NCBI RefSeq assembly: GCF_031732815.1
Contig: NZ_JAVMKF010000268.1
Coordinates: 270 to 64,269, forward strand
Length of the DNA: 64,000 bases
DNA from: Accumulibacter sp.
GTDB taxonomy: Bacteria > Pseudomonadota > Gammaproteobacteria > Burkholderiales > Rhodocyclaceae
Direction of reading: 5' to 3'
Part shown: positions 1-9,794 of the stretch, in pieces
Layout of the letters: each line of letters opens with the position of its first letter
How positions within the stretch are numbered: position 1 is the first letter of the stretch
Made by a program: the position numbers and the translations under genes
The notes under the pieces: generated by a model
What the model was told of the DNA's origin: nothing
What the model saw: the letters and a program-made list of their open reading frames with translations, nothing else
The model's database searches: none

Positions 1-117
1 AACACCATCGGCGCGCAGTTTCCCGTCTGGGTGGTGCGCACAGTCCAACAGGGCCCGGAAACCGTACCCGATGACGCCTTCACCCTGCTGCTGCGCGGCG
101 ATGTGGACACGCCTTAA
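1..117 (+). CDS. 3' end of a phage tail-associated protein (partial)
   Basis: Frame 1 is open from base 1 (NTIGAQFPVWVVRTVQQGPETVPDDAFTLLLRGDVDTP) to TAA at 115-117. Confidence 0.6.
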   Translation, partial: NTIGAQFPVWVVRTVQQGPETVPDDAFTLLLRGDVDTP

Positions 118-152
118 CGGCATGGGTGGACACCCCTTGATGAGAAACCACG

Positions 153-1421
153 ATGACTGACTTGAGCGTCAAATACTTCAACAACGCCATGGCCGGCGCC
201 CCCCAGGTGTCCAACGCCTGGGGTGATCTGGTCAACATGCTCGATGCGGTGCTGATCCATGGCTTCAACCTTAAGGCGATCGATCGCCTGAGCTTTGCCG
301 AAGGCTTGGCCACCGCCACGATCACCACCGGCCACAGCTATCTCAAAGACCAGGTGGTGCTGATCGAGGGGGCCAACGAATCCGCTTACAACGGCCAGTT
401 TCGCGTGCTCGCGGTCACCGCCACCACCTTCAGTTATGCGGTCACGGGCACACCGGCATCACCTGCCACCACGGCCACCAGCCTGTCGGCCAAGGTGGCA
501 CCGCTGGGGTGGGAGATCGCATTCGCGACCACGCACAAGCGTGCCTACCGCAGTCGCCATGTGCAGTCACCAGGCAACCTGCTGCTGATCGACGACAGCC
601 TGAAAGGCGCTTCTTACGGCACCACCTGGGCCAAGTGGGCCAACGTCGGCATCGTTGAAGACATGGCGGACATCGGGACCATCGTCGGCGCCCAAGCCCC
701 GTTCGATCCGAGCAAACCGAACCAGAACTGGACACAGTGGGAAGCCAACCAGTGGGGCTGGCACAAGTGGTACCACGCCCAGCAAGGTGGTTACGAGAAC
801 TATGGCGACAGCGGTGGCGGCAACCGCAACTGGGTGCTGGTGGGCGACGATCGCCTTTTCTTCCTGTTCGTGACCAATGCGGCGGGGTACAACTGGTACG
901 GACGCAATTTCTATTGCTTCGGCGACCTCGAAAGTTTCAAACCGGGTGACCGCTACCACACCGTGCTGTGCGCGGATGACCGCTACTGGAGCATCAATAA
1001 CCAGTATTCAAGTTACCCCGGCCAGTACAACGGCTATGGGCTGACCCACTCGCTGGACGTCGGGGGCAAGGTCATCCTGCGCAACCACACGCAGGTCGGC
1101 AACTACGTGCGCTGGGGGGTGACATCGCTCAACACCAACAACGGTCAGCAGGTGTGCGGACGCGGCAATCTGCCGTTTCCCAATGGGGCTGACTACAGCC
1201 TGTGGCTGATGCCGACCTATGTGCGGCAGGAAGACGGACACCTGCGCGGGATGATGCCGGGCATGTACTGGATGCACCAGGATCGGCCCTATACCGACCA
1301 GACCATCGTCGAGAACGTCGTCGGCCAGTCCGGTCGACGCTTTCTGCTGGTACGCACCCAATACAGTTCCGAGGCCGAAGGCGCGCAGGTGGCGTTTGAC
1401 ATCACCGGGCCCTGGCGGTGA
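153..1421 (+). CDS. Phage tail-associated/structural protein, 422 aa
   Basis: Long ORF with GC-host codon usage, T/G/N/W/Y-rich, located in the tail module. Confidence 0.7.
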   Translation: MTDLSVKYFNNAMAGAPQVSNAWGDLVNMLDAVLIHGFNLKAIDRLSFAEGLATATITTGHSYLKDQVVLIEGANESAYNGQFRVLAVTATTFSYAVTGTPASPATTATSLSAKVAPLGWEIAFATTHKRAYRSRHVQSPGNLLLIDDSLKGASYGTTWAKWANVGIVEDMADIGTIVGAQAPFDPSKPNQNWTQWEANQWGWHKWYHAQQGGYENYGDSGGGNRNWVLVGDDRLFFLFVTNAAGYNWYGRNFYCFGDLESFKPGDRYHTVLCADDRYWSINNQYSSYPGQYNGYGLTHSLDVGGKVILRNHTQVGNYVRWGVTSLNTNNGQQVCGRGNLPFPNGADYSLWLMPTYVRQEDGHLRGMMPGMYWMHQDRPYTDQTIVENVVGQSGRRFLLVRTQYSSEAEGAQVAFDITGPWR

Positions 1422-1424
1422 ACC

Positions 1425-2528
1425 ATGAGCCTTCTGTTACTGCCGCGATTGGGCACGGGCAACACCGTGCCCTTCTTCAACAACTATGGCGTGTCCAAGG
1501 ATGGCAATCCCTGGGGTGATGGCGGTTCGGACACCTTCGATGGCACCTCGGGCGCCCAGGTCAGCAGTTCGACGGGCTGGGTGCGTATCGCGGGCAACAC
1601 CTACACCACCCCGGACGGCTCGATCGATATCACCAAGGCGCTGGGCTCGGATGCGGTCGACATCGGCGTCTACTCCGGCTGGGCCGTGGCGGGGATCTGG
1701 GTGTGCGAAATCGAACTGGGGCACGAACCGCTCACGCCGCTGAACTTCCGTTTCTGGTGCAACACCGGCTACGACGGCAGTAACGCGACCGGGATGGTCA
1801 CGCGGCCCTATGAGCTGGCCGGTGAAACCTACGAGCTCAAGACCGTCTGGAGCACCAACAGCTTCCAGGATTCGTGGCCAACGACGGGCGAGACGCAGCT
1901 GACAGTCACCATCGTGCCCTATCTGGCCGAGCACAACCTTCCGGGCGCCAACCCGTTTCAGTTCAGTCGTTCCGGCGATTCAGTCGACCACTTCGTCAAT
2001 GGCGTCTCGCGCGGCGCGACGATGTACATCCAGTGGGGCAAGGCCAGTGTTGCGGAGGTCCAGGACTGGATCATCGGTGATCTGGTGGCCAGCGAAGAGT
2101 TCACGAACCCGCCGCATGAACGCACCTTGCTGCTCAACACGGCACCGGGTGCGCGTTGTGCGGCGCTGCCCCATTGGCACAGCCCGAACTCGGTGCTGTG
2201 GGACCGCGTCGGTGGGTTTGATGCCTGCTGGCATGCCTTGCCCAAGTTTCGCCGCAACATCCACTTTGGTGGTGCCGGACTCATCACCGGTTCCGTCAAG
2301 GAGAAGGCCGCTCAAGCCAGCACGCCCAACCGAGCGCTGGTGCGTCGGGTTCAACTCTTCAGTGCTCAGACGAACCTGCTGGTGGCCGAGACCTGGAGTG
2401 CTGCTGACGGCAGCTACCGCTTTGATCACCTCGACCCTGATCAGCGCTTCACGGTCGTCGCGCACGACCACGAGCATCACTACCGGGCGGTGATCGCCGA
2501 TCGGCTGCAGCCGCAGGTGATCACATGA
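1425..2528 (+). CDS. Phage tail-associated protein with C-terminal transthyretin/carboxypeptidase-regulatory-like beta module, 367 aa
   Basis: 3 bp after the previous stop. C-terminus has VQLF...TWSAADGSYRFDHL...DRLQP. Confidence 0.6.
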   Translation: MSLLLLPRLGTGNTVPFFNNYGVSKDGNPWGDGGSDTFDGTSGAQVSSSTGWVRIAGNTYTTPDGSIDITKALGSDAVDIGVYSGWAVAGIWVCEIELGHEPLTPLNFRFWCNTGYDGSNATGMVTRPYELAGETYELKTVWSTNSFQDSWPTTGETQLTVTIVPYLAEHNLPGANPFQFSRSGDSVDHFVNGVSRGATMYIQWGKASVAEVQDWIIGDLVASEEFTNPPHERTLLLNTAPGARCAALPHWHSPNSVLWDRVGGFDACWHALPKFRRNIHFGGAGLITGSVKEKAAQASTPNRALVRRVQLFSAQTNLLVAETWSAADGSYRFDHLDPDQRFTVVAHDHEHHYRAVIADRLQPQVIT

Positions 2529-2920
2529 CGATCACTTTGAGTACCGAACACCACTTGGCGCGCATGGAAAGCACCCGGGCCTTCCTGGACCGGGGCACTC
2601 AAGCCGCACGGGTACGCATCTACGGCGGGGTACGACCGAGGGCGCCCTCCGACAACCCGAGCAGCGTGATGCTGGTCGAAGTTCGCCTCACCCGGCCCTG
2701 CGGCAGCGTGGTCGGTGGGCAGCTGGTGCTGACCGCCCAGGAAAACGCTTTGATCACAGCGTCGGGCCTGGCGACCTGGGCGCGGTTGGTCAATGGTGAG
2801 GACGTCACAGCGATGGACCTCGATTGTTCTGATCTTGCCGGCGACGGCGAGATCCGCTTTGAGCAGACCCAGCTCTACGCGGGCGGTTACGCCCAAATGG
2901 CCAACGCCGTTCTCGGCTGA
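2525..2920 (+). CDS. Phage tail-associated protein, 131 aa
   Basis: ATGA overlap with the upstream gene; prophage context. Confidence 0.65.
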   Translation: MTITLSTEHHLARMESTRAFLDRGTQAARVRIYGGVRPRAPSDNPSSVMLVEVRLTRPCGSVVGGQLVLTAQENALITASGLATWARLVNGEDVTAMDLDCSDLAGDGEIRFEQTQLYAGGYAQMANAVLG

Positions 2921-2987
2921 GCCAGATCCGGTCGCGACCTGCGACAGGGCACAAGTTTCATTTCCATTCCACTTTCAGGAGCCATTC

Positions 2988-3413
2988 ATGGCAAACAGCC
3001 TTTACGACAAGGGCCGGCAGCGCTTTCTCGAAGCACAACTGAACTGGCTCACCGACGACATCAAGGTGGTCATGGTCGACACCGGCATCTACACCTTTGC
3101 GTCGTCCCATGAGTTCTTCACCAGCATCCCGGTGGCAGCCCGCATCACCGCGCCCACCACGCTGACCAACAAGACCAGCACCAACGGTGCAGCCGATGCG
3201 CAGGATGTGACTTTCGCGGCGGTCAATGGCCCCTCGATCGAGGCCCTGGTGATTTACCGCGAGGTGCTGGGCACCGATGGCATCACGCCCGATGAGGCGG
3301 CTTCGCCCTTGATTGCCTACATCGACACGGCCACCGGCCTGCCGATCACGCCCAACGGTGGCGACATCATCGTCACCTGGGACAACGGCATCAACAAGAT
3401 CTTTCGCCTGTGA
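2988..3413 (+). CDS. Phage structural (tail-associated) protein, 141 aa
   Basis: SD CAGGAG before ATG 2988 (MANSLYDKG...). The ORF-track start at 2793 overlaps the previous gene. Confidence 0.65.
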   Translation: MANSLYDKGRQRFLEAQLNWLTDDIKVVMVDTGIYTFASSHEFFTSIPVAARITAPTTLTNKTSTNGAADAQDVTFAAVNGPSIEALVIYREVLGTDGITPDEAASPLIAYIDTATGLPITPNGGDIIVTWDNGINKIFRL

Positions 3414-3425
3414 AGGGTGCTGACC

Positions 3426-5825
3426 ATGACGACCCCAGTGCGCTTCTGGCGACTCTATTTCCGCAGCGTGAACACCTACAACTACGGACAGTTGATCTTC
3501 CGTACATTGAAGCCGCATGACGTCAACGGCAATCCGCTGATCAGCGGGGTGACCCTGTCGATCTCGGCGGGCCTGATGAACGGGACCTCCTTCCCCTTGG
3601 CCAACCTGATCGACACTGATACCGCCACGGCCACCTACTGCGGCGTGAACTACCCCGATTACCAGACGACCACGTCCTGGCGCTTCGTGCAGTTCACCTA
3701 CACCGACCCGGTGCTCTGGGACTACCTGATGGCCAACCTGTCTGAGACAGCGCTCAACAGCAATTCCGTGGTGCCGGCCAACTCGGTCGACTTCTGCATC
3801 GATTCCTCCCCGGACAACGTGACCTGGAACCGCCAGGCCATGGTCTACCGCCCGGTACTCGCGGCCAACGGCGACTACAAGTTCAGCGCCACCACCAAAT
3901 CGACCACCTATCCGATCCCGTCGCGCATCAACATCGGGGGCTCGGGGGGCATCTACGGCATCGTCTCGGAAGACGGCGTGGCCCAGGCCGACCGCCCGGT
4001 GCTGCTGTTCGAGCGCGATACCTTTTACAAGGTGGGCTACACCACGACCGACCAGAATGGCGGTTACGCCTTCAACGGCCTCAATGAGAACCGCGAGTTC
4101 CTGGTCATGTCCTATGACCCCAGCGGCCCACCGTACAAAAACGCCCTGGTCTGGGACCGTATCCAGCCCATCAACACCAAGGGCAACCTGGCGCCGCAGT
4201 CGTCTTTCTGGGCCCGGCGTTGCCGTGAGTCGTCGCTCGGCATGCTGGTGAGTTTCGCTGACTACCTCAACGGCGCGACTTACCGCTACTTCCGCTCCAA
4301 CATCCTCGGCCATGCAGAAAACATGCTGCAGACCACCGAGCAGTTCTGGGGTTTCGACTTCTACCCGGACACCCGTGTCGGCGGCGCGATTCGCTTCCTG
4401 AAGTCGGGCCGGCATCTTTCGCCGACCGCCAACACCAACGGCCTGTTCATCCGTGCAGGCCAAGGCGCCATCAATGGTCGCAATCAAGCCAGCCCCCCGG
4501 AAAACTACACGAACCTCACCTGGGAATACATCTTCAAGGCGCCGGCGCCGAGTGAAACCGCGTTGATCTTCATGTGGGGTGGTCGACGGGACTCGGACGA
4601 CCACGCGTACTACGGCTACGACGACTATTGGGGCTACTACGGTATGACTGCCGGGCCCACCCTGGAGGTGACCTCGGCGGTGATGAACGTGCGTCTGGCG
4701 CTGAGCACCCGCAACCTGTCGATCGTGCGTGCCACGGCGCCTGTCATTGCCGGCGAGATCTACCACGTCATGGTGACCTACGAGCAGGACGCCAGCGTGA
4801 AACTCTACGTCAATGGTGTGCTGGTGCAGACCACTGCCATCACGGGCGGTGGGCGCTTGTGGAGTTGGCTGCGCTCGAACAATCCGACCAACGAGAACTG
4901 GGACTACCTTGCCACCACCAACCAACCCAACGGCGCAGCCCGCCGCTTTGATGCGCTGGCCATTGGCGGTTACGGTACACCGCCCCATGGACACGGCTCC
5001 GGTTGGGGTGCGGTGCCGGCGGCGCATGGCGGTGGGTTCGGCTTGGCTGCGATGTACTACCGCACCTTCACGGATGCCGAGGTGGCGAGCTTCTACGACT
5101 CGTACCTCAACTGGGAGACGCATGTCGTCGCGCCCAAATTCGCGGGGTACATGGCCGAGGTTGAAGCGGACAACCCGGTCTATTACTTTCGGATGAACGA
5201 GCTGCAGAGCCAGCGTCCGATCAATGCGCTGGGTCAGCAGGATTACTTTGCCTGGTACGAGGGCAATCCGGTGTTCAACGCCCCCGGCTTCGTGACCGGA
5301 TCGAGCGCCATCACCACCAGCAATGGTTCGCTGCTGATCAACAACTTCAGCACGCTGGCCTCGACCTTCACGGTCGAATGTTTCGTGCGGCCGTCTTCGG
5401 TGACGGGTACCACCCGGATCTGGCTGCTGCGCATCTATAACGGCAACCCGCCGATGTACCTGTCCCTGGTCGCCGGCAATCTGCAGTTGTCGATCGTCGA
5501 TGTGACCGGCACGACCACGACGGTGTTTTTCGTCCATCCAAATCTGGTGGCCGGGTCGGCCTACCACTTGGCTGTCACCTACGACCCCTGGGTTGAAAAG
5601 AAGACCCGCCTGTACATCAACGGGGTGCAGGCCAACGAGCAGACCGCGACGGTGTTTCCCGACACCTACCGCACGGCTACGTGGCTCTGCATCGGCGCCA
5701 ACGCATCGGCCACCGCGCCGAGTATCTCGGAGCGTTTTCAGGGCCAGATCGGGGAGTTCGCCGCCTACAACTACGTGCTGCCTCCAGCGCGCGTGCAAGC
5801 GCACTTTGATGCACGCAACACCTGA
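3426..5825 (+). CDS. Putative receptor-binding/tail protein with two LamG/concanavalin-A-like domains
   Basis: LamG-like patterns YHVMVTY...KLYVNGVL and FTVECFVRP...YHLAVTYD...RLYINGVQ...FQGQIGEFAAYNYVL. ATG 3426 has SD AAGGG; alternative GTG at 3417. Confidence 0.75.
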   Translation: MTTPVRFWRLYFRSVNTYNYGQLIFRTLKPHDVNGNPLISGVTLSISAGLMNGTSFPLANLIDTDTATATYCGVNYPDYQTTTSWRFVQFTYTDPVLWDYLMANLSETALNSNSVVPANSVDFCIDSSPDNVTWNRQAMVYRPVLAANGDYKFSATTKSTTYPIPSRINIGGSGGIYGIVSEDGVAQADRPVLLFERDTFYKVGYTTTDQNGGYAFNGLNENREFLVMSYDPSGPPYKNALVWDRIQPINTKGNLAPQSSFWARRCRESSLGMLVSFADYLNGATYRYFRSNILGHAENMLQTTEQFWGFDFYPDTRVGGAIRFLKSGRHLSPTANTNGLFIRAGQGAINGRNQASPPENYTNLTWEYIFKAPAPSETALIFMWGGRRDSDDHAYYGYDDYWGYYGMTAGPTLEVTSAVMNVRLALSTRNLSIVRATAPVIAGEIYHVMVTYEQDASVKLYVNGVLVQTTAITGGGRLWSWLRSNNPTNENWDYLATTNQPNGAARRFDALAIGGYGTPPHGHGSGWGAVPAAHGGGFGLAAMYYRTFTDAEVASFYDSYLNWETHVVAPKFAGYMAEVEADNPVYYFRMNELQSQRPINALGQQDYFAWYEGNPVFNAPGFVTGSSAITTSNGSLLINNFSTLASTFTVECFVRPSSVTGTTRIWLLRIYNGNPPMYLSLVAGNLQLSIVDVTGTTTTVFFVHPNLVAGSAYHLAVTYDPWVEKKTRLYINGVQANEQTATVFPDTYRTATWLCIGANASATAPSISERFQGQIGEFAAYNYVLPPARVQAHFDARNT

Positions 5826-5873
5826 TGGGTGGGAAACATGAAGCACTAACCTGAGCCGCAAGAGGAGCAAGCC

Positions 5874-8711
5874 ATGGCGGGCGCATTACCGGTCGCCGGC
5901 GTTGGCCTGGGCGATCAACACAAGTTTGGATTTCCGCGCATCGAGAATGCCGCCTGGACGGTCGCCCCGCTGGGGTGGTCCTCCAGTCGGATCGCCCTGA
6001 CGCACTCGATCTATTACCCGGATCAGAACGGGGCAGCGGTTTGGTTTGCCTTTGACCAGACCTATGCGGCCCCCGCCGTGGCCAATGTCGCCTTTCATTT
6101 CAGTGGCGATACCCTGGCCGCTGGTGTGTCAGCCGGAGAAGGCGCGAAGTTTGGGGTGGCTGGCGTGGCCAATGCGGCACGCACCGTGGCCCCCCAAGGC
6201 ATCGACAGCGGGGTGGTGCCCCGTGCCGGGCGCGTCTGGCCATCGGTTGCCAACAGTGGGGCGAGTCGAGATTTCCCTTTCACGACTGCCTATGCCCCCC
6301 TGACGGGGCAGAACACCGCGTTCTACTTCGGTGGCACCATGGTCGTTACGGCGGCCACGGTCGGTGACAGCAGCCGTTTCGGCAGCATCGAACGGATCAA
6401 GAAACCACCACAGCTTTTTGCTGCGGGGTGGCAGTCGTCCAGGATGACTGGCAAGCCCCGCGTCGGTGCAACGGGCAGTATCGATTTCAACTTCGATCAG
6501 CCCTACGGTGTTCCGCCGGCAGCCAACACCGCATTCCATCTGGGCATCAAGCAGCCGTTGACGGCTTCCGTTGGGGACGCGTCCAAGTTCGGCTGGGCTG
6601 GGGTTCGCAACCTGGCTGCGACGGTGGCGCCCCGAGGGATTGCGCCACCCGAGCGCGTCGCACGACCCAAGGTGTTCGATGCGGACACCCAAGGGGCCAC
6701 GGTCGATTTCGCCTTCGTGCAGGCGTTCCTCAACCGGCCACCGGCACTCAACACGCCGTTTTACTTCGCCTGGGAGAGCCGGGCCTTTCCGGACGGCTGG
6801 CAGGACACCGCCTTCGGTGCGTCACGCGTCTGGCTGTTTCACAGCTTCGCCCACGGTCAAGGCTGGGATTCATCCCGGTTTGGCACCTCTCTGGTGGAGA
6901 ACTGGGCCGAGTTCGCGGCCACGCCGATGGGCATTGCACCGCCGGGGGCTGGGGTGCCGCACGTGGAGATTGCACCACGTTTCCCCTTTGCCTTGAGTGG
7001 GGTGCTTCCGACGCTGGCGTCGATGCACACGACGCTGCGCTATGTCTCCTTGACCGCTCGACCCACGGTGGCGCACCGCCGCGATCACTGGCGACTGGCC
7101 AGCCCATCGGAACGTGGCGTTCGGCACGATCAGCAAGACGCGCGCAAATCGCTGGCCGGCTGGCACAGCGATTGGCAAGTTGCTCGGCAGGCGCCCCAGG
7201 GCATCGAGCACCGACTACCGCAGCGTTTGCAGCCCAGTGCCTTGCGCTGGCTGCAGCTGCACCAGTCCGCGATGTCCCTGCCTTGGGAAAGTCCGCTCCG
7301 GCAGCAAGATGCCAGCCCCTTATGGCGCGACCTGATCTCACCCCATCAGGATGCCGAAGGGGCGGCTGTTGGGGTTCTGTGTCTGCAACAGGATGGTGAT
7401 CGTTCGGTGCGCGCGAGTCGACGGGGCATCTGGCAAGTGGCGGTGGCGCTCGCGCGAGGTCTGGCGAGCGATCACCAAAGTGCACAGCCCGAGCGATGGG
7501 GCTGGGGTGGTCGGTACCAGGATGCGCGCGTGCCACCGCCAGGGCTGTCGCGCCTCGCAACTCCTCCGGTCGTGCCACCCGAGGCGTGTTACTCGCGCAG
7601 TCCGCATCTGGTGTTCGCTTCACCCGTTGCCAGTGACGGGCTGTTGTTCTTCCAGTGCGACGGCTACTCGCCATTGCCGCCTCCCGTGGGCGGCACGGTG
7701 GTCGTTGCCATCCAGAGGGTCTATCTCGTGATCAATCACTGCACCTTGAAGCGCGTCTCGGACAACGTCAGCGTGCCGACCGTGTCCATGTCCTTGCGTC
7801 TGGATGCCGGCTCCTGGGTATGGGGCTTCGAGGCCACCTTGCCCGGGGCCGCGCAGGCGCTGGTCGAGCCCACCAACGCAGGCCCGGTCGAACTCTCCGC
7901 ATGGATCAATGGCACTGAATTCCGCGTCCTAGCAGAAAGCCTCAGCCGCGAGCGCACATTTGGCCAGACGATGCTGCGGGTCAGTGGCCGGGGGCGGCAG
8001 GCGGTGCTCGATGCGCCCTACGCGCCGACGATGAGCTTTACCAACATGGATGCGCGATCGCATCAGCAACTCTTTGATGACGTGCTGACCATGAACGGCA
8101 TCCCCTTGGGCTGGAGTATCGACTATGGGCTGGAAGCGTGGAATGTGCCTGCCGGTGTCTTTGCGCATCAGGGGACGTTCATCAGCGCGCTGGCCACCCT
8201 GGCGCGTGCCGGAGGGGCGTATCTGATTCCGCACGCAAGTAGCATGTCGTTTCAGGTTCGCCCCTTGTACCCATTGGCACCGTGGCACTGGGGTGAAATT
8301 ACCCCGGACTTTGTCCTGCCAGCGGCCGCGATGAGTCGTGAGTCGATCGCATGGAGAGACAAACCGGCCTACAACCGGGTCTTTGTCAGTGGTCAGGAGC
8401 AAGGTGTCATCGGCCAGGTGACACGTGCCGGCTCAGCGGGGGATTTGCTGGCGCCGATGGTCACCGACCCGCTGATCACGACAGCGGCTGCCGCACGCCA
8501 GCGGGGCCTGTCCATCCTGTCCGACACCGGACGGCAACTGGAGATCGGGTTGCGTCTGCCGGTATTGCCGACGACCGGGATCATCCGGCCTGGCGCCTAC
8601 ATCCAGTACGAGGACGAAGGCCAGACCCAACTGGGCCTGGTCCGCTCGACCAACGTCGAAGTGGGGCTGCCCGAGGTCTACCAGAGCCTGGGAGTCGAGT
8701 GCCATGCGTAA
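5874..8711 (+). CDS. Phage tail/baseplate-associated protein with N-terminal degenerate repeats, 945 aa
   Basis: SD GAGGAG. Four FxFxxxY..P..NxxF(H/Y)F repeats in the N-terminal third; the C-terminal half looks like a phage tail protein. Confidence 0.65.
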   Translation: MAGALPVAGVGLGDQHKFGFPRIENAAWTVAPLGWSSSRIALTHSIYYPDQNGAAVWFAFDQTYAAPAVANVAFHFSGDTLAAGVSAGEGAKFGVAGVANAARTVAPQGIDSGVVPRAGRVWPSVANSGASRDFPFTTAYAPLTGQNTAFYFGGTMVVTAATVGDSSRFGSIERIKKPPQLFAAGWQSSRMTGKPRVGATGSIDFNFDQPYGVPPAANTAFHLGIKQPLTASVGDASKFGWAGVRNLAATVAPRGIAPPERVARPKVFDADTQGATVDFAFVQAFLNRPPALNTPFYFAWESRAFPDGWQDTAFGASRVWLFHSFAHGQGWDSSRFGTSLVENWAEFAATPMGIAPPGAGVPHVEIAPRFPFALSGVLPTLASMHTTLRYVSLTARPTVAHRRDHWRLASPSERGVRHDQQDARKSLAGWHSDWQVARQAPQGIEHRLPQRLQPSALRWLQLHQSAMSLPWESPLRQQDASPLWRDLISPHQDAEGAAVGVLCLQQDGDRSVRASRRGIWQVAVALARGLASDHQSAQPERWGWGGRYQDARVPPPGLSRLATPPVVPPEACYSRSPHLVFASPVASDGLLFFQCDGYSPLPPPVGGTVVVAIQRVYLVINHCTLKRVSDNVSVPTVSMSLRLDAGSWVWGFEATLPGAAQALVEPTNAGPVELSAWINGTEFRVLAESLSRERTFGQTMLRVSGRGRQAVLDAPYAPTMSFTNMDARSHQQLFDDVLTMNGIPLGWSIDYGLEAWNVPAGVFAHQGTFISALATLARAGGAYLIPHASSMSFQVRPLYPLAPWHWGEITPDFVLPAAAMSRESIAWRDKPAYNRVFVSGQEQGVIGQVTRAGSAGDLLAPMVTDPLITTAAAARQRGLSILSDTGRQLEIGLRLPVLPTTGIIRPGAYIQYEDEGQTQLGLVRSTNVEVGLPEVYQSLGVECHA

Positions 8712-8931
8712 TCTGTTCAAGGAATTCCTGGCACTGATCCCCGATCCGGCCTTGCAGGTCGGGGCCGTTCAGTCCGTGTCTGCCAACGTCGCAACCGTGG
8801 TTTTGCCCGGTGGCGGCTTATTGAAAGCACGCGGGGGCAGTCCCGAACTGGTGGGCCGCAATGTCTTCGTGCGCGACGGGGTGATCGAAGGGCTGGCGCC
8901 CGATCTGCCCACCGAAATCATCGAAATCTGA
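8704..8931 (+). CDS. Small phage tail-associated protein, 75 aa
   Basis: Overlaps the upstream stop and precedes the hairpin terminator. Confidence 0.6.
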   Translation: MRNLFKEFLALIPDPALQVGAVQSVSANVATVVLPGGGLLKARGGSPELVGRNVFVRDGVIEGLAPDLPTEIIEI

Positions 8932-8965
8932 AATCCGCTTCACCCAACCCAAAACTTCATCCCTT

Positions 8966-9008
8966 GAAACCCGTTCCGGTGCTCACGCGCCGGGCGGGTT
9001 TCGTTTTT
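8966..9008 (+). terminator. Rho-independent terminator-like hairpin between tail and lysis genes
   Basis: GAAACCCGTTCCGGTG / CGCCGGGCGGGTTTC stem (about 15 bp, with GU pairs and one bulge) followed by GTTTTT. Confidence 0.6.
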
Positions 9009-9021
9009 ATGGAGACAGCCG

Positions 9022-9321
9022 ATGTCTGATCAAGAAAAACCTGCCCTCGTCGAGAACATGCTCCTCTTGCGCAAAGAGGACTTCGACGATTTGCTCGACC
9101 GCGCTGCCGAGCGCGGTGCGGAGCGGTGCCTGTCGCACCTCGGCCTCGAAAACGGCCACGCCGCGCGTGACATTCGAGAGTTGCGTGATCTGCTTGAAGC
9201 CTGGCGCGATGCCCGCCATACCGCTTGGCAGACGACCATCAAGGTCGTCACCACAGGCATCCTGGCCGCGCTTCTGGTTGGTGCTGCCATCAAGCTCAAG
9301 CTGATGGGAGGTCCCCAATGA
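9022..9321 (+). CDS. DUF6127-like phage membrane protein (lysis-cassette associated), 99 aa
   Basis: AERGAERCLSHLGL...DIRELRDLLEAWR pattern plus a single C-terminal TM segment; SD GGAG. Confidence 0.6.
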   Translation: MSDQEKPALVENMLLLRKEDFDDLLDRAAERGAERCLSHLGLENGHAARDIRELRDLLEAWRDARHTAWQTTIKVVTTGILAALLVGAAIKLKLMGGPQ

Positions 9322-9794
9322 TTGAGACCTTGCTTGGCGGCCTCCTTGGAGGGGCCTTCCGTCTAGCGCCCGAGATCCTGAAATGGCTGGACCGCCAGGG
9401 CGAACGGGGCCACGAACTGGCAATGCAGGACAAAGCACTGGAGTTCGAAAAGTTGCGCGGAGCCCAGCGCATGGCAGAGATTGGTGCTGCTTCCGATGCG
9501 GCCTGGAACGTGGGCGCTGTCGAGGCCTTGCGTGATGCTGTGGCAGCACAGGGCCAAAAATCGGGCGTCGGCTGGGCTGATGCCCTGTCGGTCAGCGTTC
9601 GGCCGGTGATCACCTACTGGTTCATGGCGCTGTATTGCGCTGCCAAGACGGCAGCGTTTGCGGCAGCCGTGACCGCTGGCGCTGGCTGGGGGACGGCCAT
9701 CTTGCATGCCTGGACGGAGGCCGACCAAGCGCTCTGGGCTGGGGTGTTGAACTTCTGGTTCCTGGGGCGTGTGTTCGACCGGGTGCGGCCGTGA
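9318..9794 (+). CDS. Putative holin-like membrane protein, 158 aa
   Basis: ATGA overlap at 9318 (MIETLLGGLLGG...); hydrophobic segments; immediately upstream of the lysozyme. Confidence 0.55.
   Translation: MIETLLGGLLGGAFRLAPEILKWLDRQGERGHELAMQDKALEFEKLRGAQRMAEIGAASDAAWNVGAVEALRDAVAAQGQKSGVGWADALSVSVRPVITYWFMALYCAAKTAAFAAAVTAGAGWGTAILHAWTEADQALWAGVLNFWFLGRVFDRVRP

Noticed and set aside
2958-5870. 970-aa antisense ORF over tail genes
   Set aside because: Shadow ORF of high-GC sense genes; R/G/V-rich with no motifs.
153-8711. Possible diversity-generating retroelement target in tail/lectin genes
   Set aside because: No reverse transcriptase and no TR/VR pair with adenine-specific mismatches seen in the window.
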